From the NCBI GenBank assembly GCA_910592345.1, contig CAJVPI010000074.1, positions 1-60,822 on the forward strand: a DNA stretch of 60,822 bases, in the 5' to 3' direction. Shown in pieces: positions 1-11,500 of the stretch. A model generated the notes under the pieces. It worked only from the letters and a program-made list of their open reading frames with translations, was not told the DNA's origin and made no database searches. Source of the stretch: Paraglomus brasilianum (taxonomy: Eukaryota). The translations under genes were made by a program, and so were the position numbers. The stretch's first letter is position 1. Each line of letters opens with the position of its first letter.

Positions 1-84
1 CTTGTCTATACAATATTATTTAGGATAAACCCATATCTAGTCGGGAGACCAAAGTTACTTGTCCTCGGCATAACGGTAAACTGC

Positions 85-690
85 CGGGTAAGTATTATAT
101 ATCTATAGCGGCGTGTATTCCACGAGCGATAGTGGATACCTCATACCTGCGTATGGGAATACTATTTACGCCATGCGACAGTTTCCTTTGCCATGCGAGT
201 GAGTTGTTCCCCATGCGGCAGTTTCCGTTGTCAAGAACGTGGTAATGCCAACAAGGTATCAATTTGATAATTATAAGTAGATGGAAAACCTATGAATGGA
301 AAATTTCCTTAGTGTGCATATTATCAAATTATTTTAAGAATATTAGACATACCCATGTCTAAATATTCTTTACCATGATTGAAGTATTTCATGGTAAGTT
401 ATTAAATATTCGTCCTGGTCATGACATTAAACTGACAAGTGAATGGTTACGTGGTAAGTGGTAGTAGTGGTAGTAAGTATTATATTATCCTTAATAGCGG
501 CTCGCATTCCACGAGCGATAGCGGATGATTCATACCTAATACTATTCACGCCATGCGGCAGTCCGTTGCCATGAACTAATCGATTTACGTTTATTAGTAC
601 CATAAGATACTTGGATTAACGCGGTAAGTGATAGTAAGTATTATATTATCTTTGCCATGAACCATACTAATCGATTTACTAATTAGGATC
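85..690. repeat. Degenerate dispersed direct repeats (about 3 partial copies)
   Basis: The block GTAAGTATTATAT..TAGCGGC..TTCCACGAGCGATAG(T/C)GGAT..CATACCT..CGCCATGCG occurs near 88-180 and 472-560, with a partial third copy near 620-690. Confidence 0.7.
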
Positions 691-945
691 TTTGCCACAA
701 CTCACGACGTATTATCGACCACACAACCGACGAAAGAGTTCATAACATAACAATCTCTCCTCTTCCAAAGCGCAAACATAAACGTTATCCAAAGGCTAAA
801 TACGACGCAACAGACCTTTGTCGCCAATCCATATTAGGGCGATACAACTCACGAACAGGTCCTGTAACAACATGGTTTATCGACCAAATACAACGTCACT
901 CAAATTGATAATTTCATGACGTTGGCACATTATAAAATTCATATA

Positions 946-1206
946 CAAGTCAACCTCGATAAGTCGGCCCCTCGATAAGTCGGTTTCTCGATAATTCGAC
1001 CAAATGTCTTCAGCCCCTTTTTTCACTATTTAAAAATATTCGATAAGTCGGCCAACAGCTCAAAGAAGAAATAATCAATTCAATGAAACAAACTACTCTA
1101 GATAGTTTTTTTACAATTAAATTTATTATTTGGTTAGGCCATGTGTTCTCAATAAGTCGGTCAAAATAGCCCAGCCCCCCTGGGCCGACTTATCGAGGTT
1201 GACTTG
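946..1206. mobile_element. MITE (Tc1/mariner-pogo superfamily), 261 bp
   Basis: Perfect 25-bp TIRs CAAGTCAACCTCGATAAGTCGGCCC / GGGCCGACTTATCGAGGTTGACTTG, flanked by TA on both sides (944-945, 1207-1208). Internal subterminal ATAAGTCGG copies; no ORF. Confidence 0.9.
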
Positions 1207-1903
1207 TAGCAAATTCCTTAATCCTCTGGATAGGGAAGTCACTGAGGTGCTTGATTGTTTTCACTAATAAAATGTAATAGTCCCTCAAAACCGATATTGC
1301 GCCTCTATATCGGGTTTTCGAAATTTACGCGCAGAAACTGATATTTTGGAAACTCGATAGAAAAGGCAAAAAACAATTACTATCGATTTTTCGAGCTTCG
1401 GCTGTAGTATTAATTTTTATATATAGATAAATTGTCCTTACCCTTCAGACGATACCTATGTGATTCTTTTTAACTCGACATTAAACATTAGCTGCCACTA
1501 GGATCTCATTCTGATCTTTTCTTGATATACCAATGGAGTATCTAACAATTTAAGCCAAATATTTGAAAAGCAGATAATGTAGTAGGTTAGGTAATATAAG
1601 AAAACCACCTATGTCTACTCTACCCTCTGTACACACTACTCATGTCCCCAACGCCCCGAGTCACAAAGTCGTTACCTGTCTGGGAGAGTCTGTTCTCATC
1701 CATCATTTTCTTCGTTTATATACCTTCCCTCCAGCAACCATTAACAACTTTCTACCATATTCACTCGTCCTCCGCCTTCCTCAACGTCCAGGCCATGTCG
1801 AGAGCTATTAAACTACGTGGTATATACTGTGAACTCTCCCCAAAAGTACTCTTCTTAAGTGCACCCTATTTTGATAGTCCCAGGCTCGGGACTAAATAAT
1901 TCT

Positions 1904-2611
1904 GCTCTCTTTATAGTGGAGACACAAAATCCAACAGGTTTCTATACTATACACAAAAGAAATAGTAATATCATGTGACATACACTATAGCGAATTTGAT
2001 TAAAAACCAGTTTATTTCGTATTAACACGCAAGTAAAAGCAGTAAAAGTGTTTAAGCTGAAAACAAGAAGAAGGTAAATGACCGCAATATTCACTGAAAG
2101 TATTGGATAATGCTAGACTGACAGCTTGCTCACTAATTCCAAAGTCATCCGCTAGTTCTCGACCTTTTATTGAGGGGAAGCTTCTTTTTTTTCCACATAA
2201 CTCCCTTTTTCTGAAAAAATAACTTCGCATTATTATCTTTTATTATTAACAAACAATCTCTCACATTGTCTAAAATCTCACATTATCGTGTCTCTTAGTT
2301 CTTTATAACAAGTAATAAAGGTCCTTGCTTTACTTTTTTTTATCAATTACATACTTTGCCCCAGTCAAGGCAACACGCTTTTGAATGTTTCTTGGCCACT
2401 TCTATCCCTAGACTGGGAGAGATCCATATCAACTGTCTGTTCCTCCATAACAACTTTCTTCTAATCTGACTAATCATTACCCCTCCACTATATCGAACGA
2501 AAACTACACAATATAGCTACATACACTATATAAAGCTAGTTTAATTAGGATTCCAACATTTCTCCACAACAACTGAAATCCACTGTAGCGGAGGTCCACT
2601 ATAAAGAGAGC
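1904..2611 (-). mobile_element. Degenerate pogo/Tigger-like element with CENP-B-type HTH remnant
   Basis: 17-bp inverted repeat GCTCTCTTTATAGTGGA (1904-1920) / TCCACTATAAAGAGAGC (2595-2611). The internal ORF 2012-2230 (KRELCGKK..PSIKGRELADDFGISEQAVS) resembles a pogo N-terminal HTH. Confidence 0.5.
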
Positions 2612-4159
2612 CACTGTGTATATGAAAATAATCTCCGTAAATGCACACGCGACTTCAACTTGTTAGATTGTATAGTTAGACAGTGTCAATCGTCGGCGAA
2701 TTATAATAATAAAGGTCTTACTATACCCAAGCCACAAGAATAGCATATCTCGACGAATATAGTCGTCCCGCTTTAACAGAATACGATTCCGTAATAACGT
2801 TATCTTTTAACATCAGGTCATGTATTATTTAGACATCAATGGCCATCAGTCGACAAATAATTTTAACATTCTATAATAGTTTATGGTTATGAGCTCAGGA
2901 TTGTAAAGACGGAAAAGTAACCGGAGGTAGCACATGATCCTTGAACACAATTCTTCACCACTTGCAGATTATAATAAAATTACAATTAGTTGTGAATTTT
3001 AATTTTAACTTACTTGTGACTCACAATCGGGCGTCGTAAACTAAAAATGGAATAGATGTCAATGTGTAACTAAGCGGTATATAACCATGTTCAGCCATAA
3101 ACGGAAATTCAAAATAATTTCTCAAGACATAAAATAATACTATACTATTCGCATTTAACGGACATACGACGGATAATATCTAACAAAAGTCGACATTCTC
3201 TTTGGTATAGTGACTTTTACCACAAACTCGCGTCTTTTCTGCGACAATGACTAAAATGACGTCACGAATTACTAGTTTGTCTCATACACACTTGGTACAA
3301 AATCACCGCGAGACGGTTTTTTAGGTCATATGATACGTATGCGTGAGAATTTAGGGTTCATATCATGGCTACCATTCGTGCCGCTTAATCATCAGTACAA
3401 CGGCAAGAATGCGATGTGTAATGTTGTGACAGCTGTGTTAGATCTTAATTGGTTACGAGCACAAAGGGCAAGTAAGTTAGAAGAGTTGATTATTGTTAAT
3501 TTCACAAACAAGAAAAATACAACGGTGTTGACAAGGTTCTGTTTGCACGTTAAATGTAATTGGATATCCCTACCAGGAAACCATCTTTGTTCAAATTTGA
3601 TGGTTTGGCAGCTTCTCTTTCATTCTTATCAGATGTAATTACAAGAAACTCGCAGTAATCTTACCGAGACTGCAGTGACATAATTTGTATTACGTTAAAT
3701 GCAAGTAAACTACAGAGTTAGGACTGGACCGGTAATTATTATATGATTCACGGTGATTTCCGTTTGTATTTCGATTAATTAACTTATTCTTTGCACCCCC
3801 CTCAATCCAGCATCCAAACAAACAAGTTAACCCACATTCACAGAATCTTCGATAAACAATACTATTTCTCATCGTTTGTTCAGTGACATTATTAATTGCA
3901 GCATTAATGGAAATACCACCTTTGGTTAATCAAGTAGAACAGTGCATCCAAGAATGCACCCAAGAATCACATTTATTATTATTACTGACAAGAATAAAAT
4001 AAGCGCACGTCAGAAATGAAGTTGCGAATACTTGAAACATAAACTAGATTCTAAGATTGGGGAGAAGATTATTATTGTTCATTGTTTTAATGTTCTAATA
4101 TACAATGATTATGCCAAGTTACAAGAGCGATAAATTCGCGTGGTGAAATAAATAGTCCA

Positions 4160-4820
4160 TTAATCAAACATGAAGGGCTTGCTGTATACAGTACAATCAG
4201 GTCCTATAGTTGTAGTAATTAGATAAAAATGTTAGCATATATATCAAGTTTATCAAACTAGCAAAAAATATCTTTTTAATTTCGTCGATTACGAACCACT
4301 TTCAGTACGTCCCCAGCTTCTAAGCATGAATGGCTTATTCCTGTTAGCCGTTGGAGGAACATCAAACTTAATAGTGTGAGATGTCTCTCCATCCTTAAAG
4401 GGTCGGTTTCCATGCCAATAAGTTTTCAGCAATCCTACGCCCTCTTGCATTAATTCAAGGTCGTTAACTCGAACGACTTTTGATGCTCCATTTTCCCACG
4501 TTACTTTAACTCTACTGTTAGCCTTGACTTGATTGTTATTCCTACTGAAAGATGGTTTGGCAATTTTGAATCCCTTGCACCATTTATCAGTAACTGCTCG
4601 TTTAGCAATATGCGAATCTAGGTTTAGTTCTAAGAAGAAGAAAAAAAAAAGGGGGGGGGGTTGGTGAATTAGTCAAGTGAGAAGAATTTAACAAAGCGTC
4701 AACATATCCAGACAATAATAGTAGCTTACGTGAATCATAATTTTCTATAGGAGCAGCAAACGCTCCCACGAGGTAGACAAGAATGGTAGCAAACATAAAA
4801 AGGTTCTTAATTGTAAGCAT
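4160..4820 (-). CDS. Small secreted protein, 155 aa, 3 exons (4820-4730, 4629-4297, 4203-4160); predicted beta-sandwich (Kre9/Knh1 N-terminal-like)
   Basis: Signal-peptide-like N-terminus MLTIKNLFMFATILVYLVGAFA. Two canonical introns (GTAAGC..TAG and GTTCGT..GCTAAC..TAG) join in frame. KR dibasic site, two Cys (WCKG, DCTVYS), a VKVTW motif and a C-terminal YSKPFMFD. Confidence 0.85.
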
Positions 4821-6239
4821 TGTGACGAATGTATATTCTGTTCTGTTTGTGAAAATAATATCAACTCGTTCACAATTTTTTCTTTAGCGTGAATTAGTAT
4901 ATTTCGTTGCGAGAGACTTAGAGATACAACAAGAAGAACGTTGCGCTCTGAGAGTGGGAAATGGCCCGGAAGAATGTGTGTATTTATATGATTATCACTA
5001 CCAATGAGATGTTCAATTACATCATGAGCCTTGTGGGTTTTGTACTCATTTGGACAATAAAATCATGCACTCTTTATTTAGAACATACACACCCTGATAT
5101 TCTGTAAATAGGATTACAATACGAAAATGAACTCTAATTTTTCATCATTGTAACCGTAACACATCGAACGATTCAAAGTAAGTAATTGAAAGCAGGCGCA
5201 GACTATGATGGAAATGCGTCTGCTAAGCCCAAAGCCCTACGCCAAGCCCTAACACATCACATGATAAGGCGGCATTTTCTACTGTATTGTCTTTATTGTG
5301 TTTATTCGTGTGAAAAATCATCCAATGTTATATTGCAGGACACTGACACTGTGCGCTTGCATGTTTCATCATTGCGGATTTCGTCATTGCAAATCCCCTT
5401 TTACCTCATGTATGTTAAGTTGAATTGAATTGCGAAGTGAATGGAATGGAATTGGATTTCTATTTCTATTTCCTTTTAATGAATTATCCGTATCTAGTCG
5501 TCTTGTTTAATCAAATCCCATTAAATTAAATGTAGTACAAGATTATTATGCACATTCAGACGGCCGATAAGTGACATGATTGTAAGTTCTGTTCTGATTA
5601 ACGACGAATGTTTGTTAGTGTCAAATCCTGAAACCGTTGCTTACACAATCATACGATTCTCTCTTTTTTCCCCTTCAACCTAAATCTAATAATATCTAAT
5701 GATATTCCCATTATAAAAAAAGGGGGGGAGGAGCCAAAACGATTACCCTGACACATCGTTCGTTGGACGTATGTTGGGTCATCAAAAAACTTGCCTGTTA
5801 TGTCAATATCGTACAATGTGAGGATTGCTCGGAAATATTTGAATCACATCCACTGCCGATTTTTAATTTAACCGGAGATTTTGTGTTGCATCAAATTATG
5901 CAATTGCTGATCACAACGTCAATTGTGTATTAGAATTTAGGACCACTTGATCGAGAACGCCATGCAACACAGCATTGTAGAGATTTACACAGCAAGATTC
6001 TATAATTAAACTTTCTAACTAGCCAACTATCGACCTACAATGTTTCTATTCCAAGATAACTTTTCTGATTGGATGCTGCTCTTTACCTACACATTAGTAA
6101 GGCAACTAGTTAGTCTCCCTGCTACACTGACCTCGAGGATGAATGATGATCATCCCCGTCACTCGCAAGCACAAAGACCCTGAGAATCGATTGCTATGAA
6201 AGACAGGATTAATATGTCACTAGCAATTAACTTGTCAAA

Positions 6240-6450
6240 TTGCAATGATATTTAAAAGTTTAACGAGTACAGCTTTATAATAAAGTTTTCTTTTTACTTT
6301 GGATCGTACACATTGCAATGATATTTAAAAGTTTAACGGGTACAGCTTTATGATAAAGTTTTTCTTTTACTTTGGATCGTGCACATTGCAATGCAATGAT
6401 ATTAAAAGTTTAACGAGACAGCTTTATAATAAAGTTTTCGGATCGTACAC
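6240..6450. repeat. Tandem repeat, about 73-bp unit, about 3 copies
   Basis: TTGCAATGATATTTAAAAGTTTAACG.GTACAGCTTTAT.ATAAAGTTTT..TTTTACTTTGGATCGT is repeated; the third copy is shortened. Confidence 0.85.
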
Positions 6451-7992
6451 AAATCACCATTATAAAAAACAAAGACATTTCAACAACAAAAAAGTATTAG
6501 CTGTACGAAATCTTCTGAAGTCAAAATAACATTGCGATAACTGTGATGCGACAGTTATTAAAACTCGTCGAGCTCTTAAAGGGATTGTAAATCGCGATCA
6601 ATAATTATGTTGGTGGCCGATAATGCCATACTATAGACCGAAAATCCAATAGCCAAAAACGGAATGGTAATAAACGTGAGCGCTCTTCATTATCAACGCG
6701 AAATTTTTGCGGTCGCAATATGTAAACAGATAACTGTATCGAAGCAAGTGCATTTCTCTTCTTCTACTAAGGCACCTCACTTGAAAGTAAATGTTTCAAA
6801 AGCTGTTCACATTATTACGACAATTTGTGTATTTTGGTTATTGATATTTTTGCTTCCATTTGACGATCAAGAACAGGCGCCATATGGAAAAACATTGCTA
6901 TAATTATGATCGAGCATTTCCAGGTGAATTCACTCATCTGACATGGGAAATAATGGAAAATGCGACTTTTTCATTTCCAGCCTCTCTCCTCTTTGATGTA
7001 AGCATCCAGTTGACTCTGTAAAAGAATTGAAAAGCTGAAAAGCAACTAGATAATTTATTAGTACTTACCATCAACAGAACATGGTAATCTGGTAGGTACA
7101 CTGTCACGGAAAGAGTTAAACTTTTCAAAATCAATATATTTTTATTATAATTGTATGGGATAGTTTTATAAACACTTTCCAATCTTTTTTATTCAGTCGC
7201 TTAGATATCCTTAATTCCAACAAAAAGGTTTTAGCGGTTAACTTACTCGCCTAAATGGATAGTCGCTTCTTTTTAACGTAGATTGAATGCAAACTTTGAC
7301 TTCAATACATGCGATGCAGGAAAGTTGGCAATAAGACCATCTCTTTCATGTATTGGAGATATATCCATAACTGCTGACATTTCTTTATTGCAGGGAGTAG
7401 TAAATAGCTAAACATATAAAATACGATTGGCATATCTACGAAAATATCTGAATTATACAACTTGTTCACTAAAACGTCATGTGTCATACACGTGCAAAAT
7501 GGAATAGTAAGATTGGCTGGCACAACCAATTTTCGACAACCTCGCCAAATTCGATTTTGAAACTGTATCGATTGATATTGCTCTATTACCGTTTAGTTTC
7601 ACCTTCGCTACTAATTCTATTACTATTACATCCGATATCTTTCTCGCTTACCAGAATAGGTTGGCATCGTATGATGTTATCTTAATAGCCTGATTTTCTT
7701 TTTGTCATAATTTCTTTCCGTTTGAATCACATGTTGATGCTATGTTGTGTGACGGAAACAACATAGTTAATATTAATAGGCAAATTTAAATTTCACTATA
7801 ACGATAATAATAAGCAGATTTATTAGCTTCACTACAGTATAGCTAGCGAGGTTCACTATACATACGGATTTCCCTTATTGTATATTAGTATCATGCGCCC
7901 TATAACAATCTATTAATGACGCTTGTATTACACAAAATATCATGCCATTTCTATTTATATAATCTGTGCATATCATGCCACTTTTAATAAAT

Positions 7993-8158
7993 TCAGGCCA
8001 CATAAATCAGGCCACAAATCAAGCATAAATCAGGCCACATAAATCAGGCCACAATCAAGCATAAATCAGGCCACATAAATCAGGCCACGATCAAGCATAA
8101 ATCAGGCCACATAAATCAGGCCACGATCAAGCATAAATCAGGCCACATAAATCAGGCC
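7993..8158. repeat. Minisatellite, about 36-bp unit built from TCAGGCCAC subunits
   Basis: TCAGGCCACATAAATCAGGCCAC(A/G)ATCAAGCATAAA repeated about 4.5 times. Confidence 0.9.
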
Positions 8159-8504
8159 GTAAAATAAACATTATAATATAAGAGAGCTTAATCTTCGCAA
8201 GGTCTATTAATATTAACCAATAAAATTGCTTTAAATAACGTTGCACACACATATATACCCCACCTCCGAAAGCTCGTCCCAAAGTGGGGTACGACTGTAA
8301 TTCGATTTTCATGTTTGAGTATTCTGCCCCTGCAATATTTTGTTTTGGCGCATATCGATATCCCCCTGATCCCCCTGCTCCTCCTGCATACATGTAATTA
8401 TCCATATATGGCAAACTATGATTTACATGCTTGCATATAGGGTAACGTGCAAAAAATTTTGCCGCAAAGTAACTGAGGAAGTAGATCAATCGCAAAAAAA
8501 AAAG

Positions 8505-11500
8505 ATGGAAGCCGTTGTTGCAATGGAGGTTGATACACAAAACTCCTCAAAGAACAAGACGTCAGAGTTTGATCCGAGCTGTTTTGATCTATTCGGTGTT
8601 ACTGAGGAGTTTTTACAAGTACTAGAGCAGATACGCGTTGACGATTTATCAATACAAATAAACTTTCATGAAAACGTCAAAATTCTCAAAAGTTCTGTTA
8701 CAAGTCGACATGACGCAAGCAACTTGCTGAATAGTCTATCCATAATATTGTTACATCCTTCCGTTACGCTTCATATAGTCAAGTTTTATCGTCCCCTATT
8801 GATTGATTTGGTTTCTCGTTGGCTTTTGCTTCAAGACCAATTGTCGATAGACATTATATCAAAGGTCGAATTAGTAGCGCATGCCTTCGGTCTAATACTA
8901 CCGATCGCACCTCAGTTATCGGGATTGGCATTTGATTTTTTCTCGCAATCACCTTCCTTATTTGCAGGTTTACATACCCATGGAAAATATTTATCTGTTA
9001 GCAAGGTATGTGATGGTTTTAACAAGCTGAAGGACCGTCAACTACTGAGTAGCGCCTATGTATAGATATAGTTTTATTGATCTAATTAACCAATACAGGA
9101 ATCTACGAGGCTCCTCCAGAGATTATTGTTAACTGGCTATCGACTGCTAAAATTTTCTCAAACAACATTTACGCGTCTTTGGAATTGGTCTCCGATTTAT
9201 CAGTTACTATCTCATTCAGATGCCGCCGTTAGGTTTCTATCGGTAACGTGTCTTGGCTACGTACTAGACCTTTCGGATGCGCAGAGATCGACAGCAACTG
9301 AACTATGGGTCGGTCCCCAGAACGAAAAAGTTTACATGGAATGGGATGATGGCGTACAAAGGGATATTGGAATGTTGACTTTGTTGGAACAAGAATCGCT
9401 CGCTAAATTACAAATGATGATGCTACATAATGATTTCAAAACTCAGGATACAGCTGTACTGAATGAAGCCGATTTATCACCACTTATTGTGAATGTTTCC
9501 GGCGTATTGCTTTCCAAAAAACGACAAGAGCATGTTGAAACACAACCGAACGTCAAAGAACGACTAGCTCTCACCAATACCACTCGGCGCAATCTCCGTG
9601 CTATATGCTTGGCAGGCTCTATCGGTTCACCTATTCTGCTTGAAGGCATAACAGGATGCGGCAAGAGCGCGCTCGTTGAAGAAGTGGCCTATCTCACAGG
9701 ACGGGCATCGGATCTGGTAAAAATACATCTGGGTGATCAGACGGATTCCAAGGCTTTACTGGGGACTTACGTATCGACGGCTACTCCCGCAGTTTTTCGA
9801 TGGCAACCTGGTGTACTAACGACTGCTGTTGAAAAGGGTCGCTGGGTGTTGATCGAAGATATTGAATTGGCTTCTGCTGAAGTTATGTCAGTACTGATTC
9901 CTTTACTCGAAACGCGTCAGCTATTTATACCTAGTCGGGGTGAGAGAATAGAGGCTAATGGAGGGTTTCAGCTATTTGCTACGAGAAGTCTGTTACCAGA
10001 TAGAATAAACGGAGAAAACGCAACACGAGCGATGAACGCTGAAATCACTCTTGGGAAGAGTTTATGGACTAAAATAAGGGTCGAACCCTTGACGATAGAC
10101 GAACTTGCGTTTGCAATCGAGCACAAATTCCCTAACTTATCTAACTTAGTATCAGTCATAATGCGGGTGTATAACACCGTAATGTCGATATATCAAAATC
10201 CAAAGTCTCCTTTTCTGTCAAATTTGAGCTCGAAACGACTTATAACAACGCGTGATTTGATGAAATGGTGTAAGAGGTTAAACGCACTTTTACGTCCGAG
10301 AAGTGATTTACTGACTGTACAGAGCCTAACTCAAAGTATTCGAGAGGATTTTTTTAGCGAGGCAGTCGATTGTTTTTGCGGAATGATATCTGAATTTGAT
10401 AAATGGGTGAAAGCTCTCGAGTATGTTGGAGAAGCACTCGAGATACCAAAAGAGCGAGTTAGGTTATATGCGAGTTCATATGTTCCGACAATCAATGTAA
10501 GCGACAAGGTGATCAATATTGGGAGGGCGTATCTTGAACCAATGCTGTCAAGTAATAAATATTTAACGAGACGTGGCGTAAAGAAAAAGACATTTGCTAA
10601 TACTTCGCATTCACTACAACTAATGGAAAGACTGGCTGTTTGTGTTCATCTGTGTGAACCTGTGTTGCTAGTAGGCGAGACAGGTACAGGTAAGACCACA
10701 GTGGTTCAGCATTTGGCTGATCTTATGAACCAGAATCTTGTCGTGGTCAACTTGTCGCAGCAAAGCGATAGTAGTGATTTGCTCGGTGGGTTTAAGCCGG
10801 TTGATGCAAAGGTACTGGCGACACCCTTGAAGGAAGAGTTTGAGATGCTATTCAGGCAAACACTATCTGTCAAGAAAAATCAACATTACTTGGACAAAGT
10901 TCACAAAATGTTTGTGGAAAAGAAGTATGATAAAGTTGTAGCGCTTTTGAAGAAAACTATCAAGACGGTAGAACAACAGTTTGAAAAAACGCTTGATCAA
11001 CAAAGAGAAGAAGTTGAACTTGATAAAGCATCAAAGACTCTATCTGGAAAACCAGCAAGCCCTGAACTAAGACATCAATGGAAGAAATTTGCAAATGCCG
11101 TAAACACTTTTGATGCTCAGCAGGAACAAATAAAAAACAAACTGGCCTTTAGTTATATTGAAGGGTCTCTAGTCAAAGCAGTTATTAAAGGCGATTGGAT
11201 CTTATTAGATGAAATTAATCTGGCATCTACTGAAACATTGGAATGCCTGAGTGGTCTTCTTCAAGATGCGCAAGGCTCTTTATTGCTCACTGAAAAAGGT
11301 GATGATGAACCCGTCAAACGACATCCAAACTTTCGAGTGTTTGCCTGTATGAATCCAGCCACAGACGTGGGTAAACGCGATCTGCCACCGGGCTTGCGAA
11401 ACCGATTCACGGAATTCTACATCCACCCACCGGATTCCCGACGTGACGACTTGCTAGTTATAGTACAGCAGTATCTGGCAGGATGTACTCACAACGATGA

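Noticed and set aside
2700..3100. Possible small spliced gene on the minus strand (MAEHGYIPLSY.., GTGAGT donor)
   Set aside because: The spliced product is short with no recognisable features, and the downstream frames are broken; it cannot be supported.
8127..8540. 137-aa minus-strand ORF overlapping the MDN1 start
   Set aside because: It has a non-ATG start, runs into the minisatellite and has no recognisable domain.
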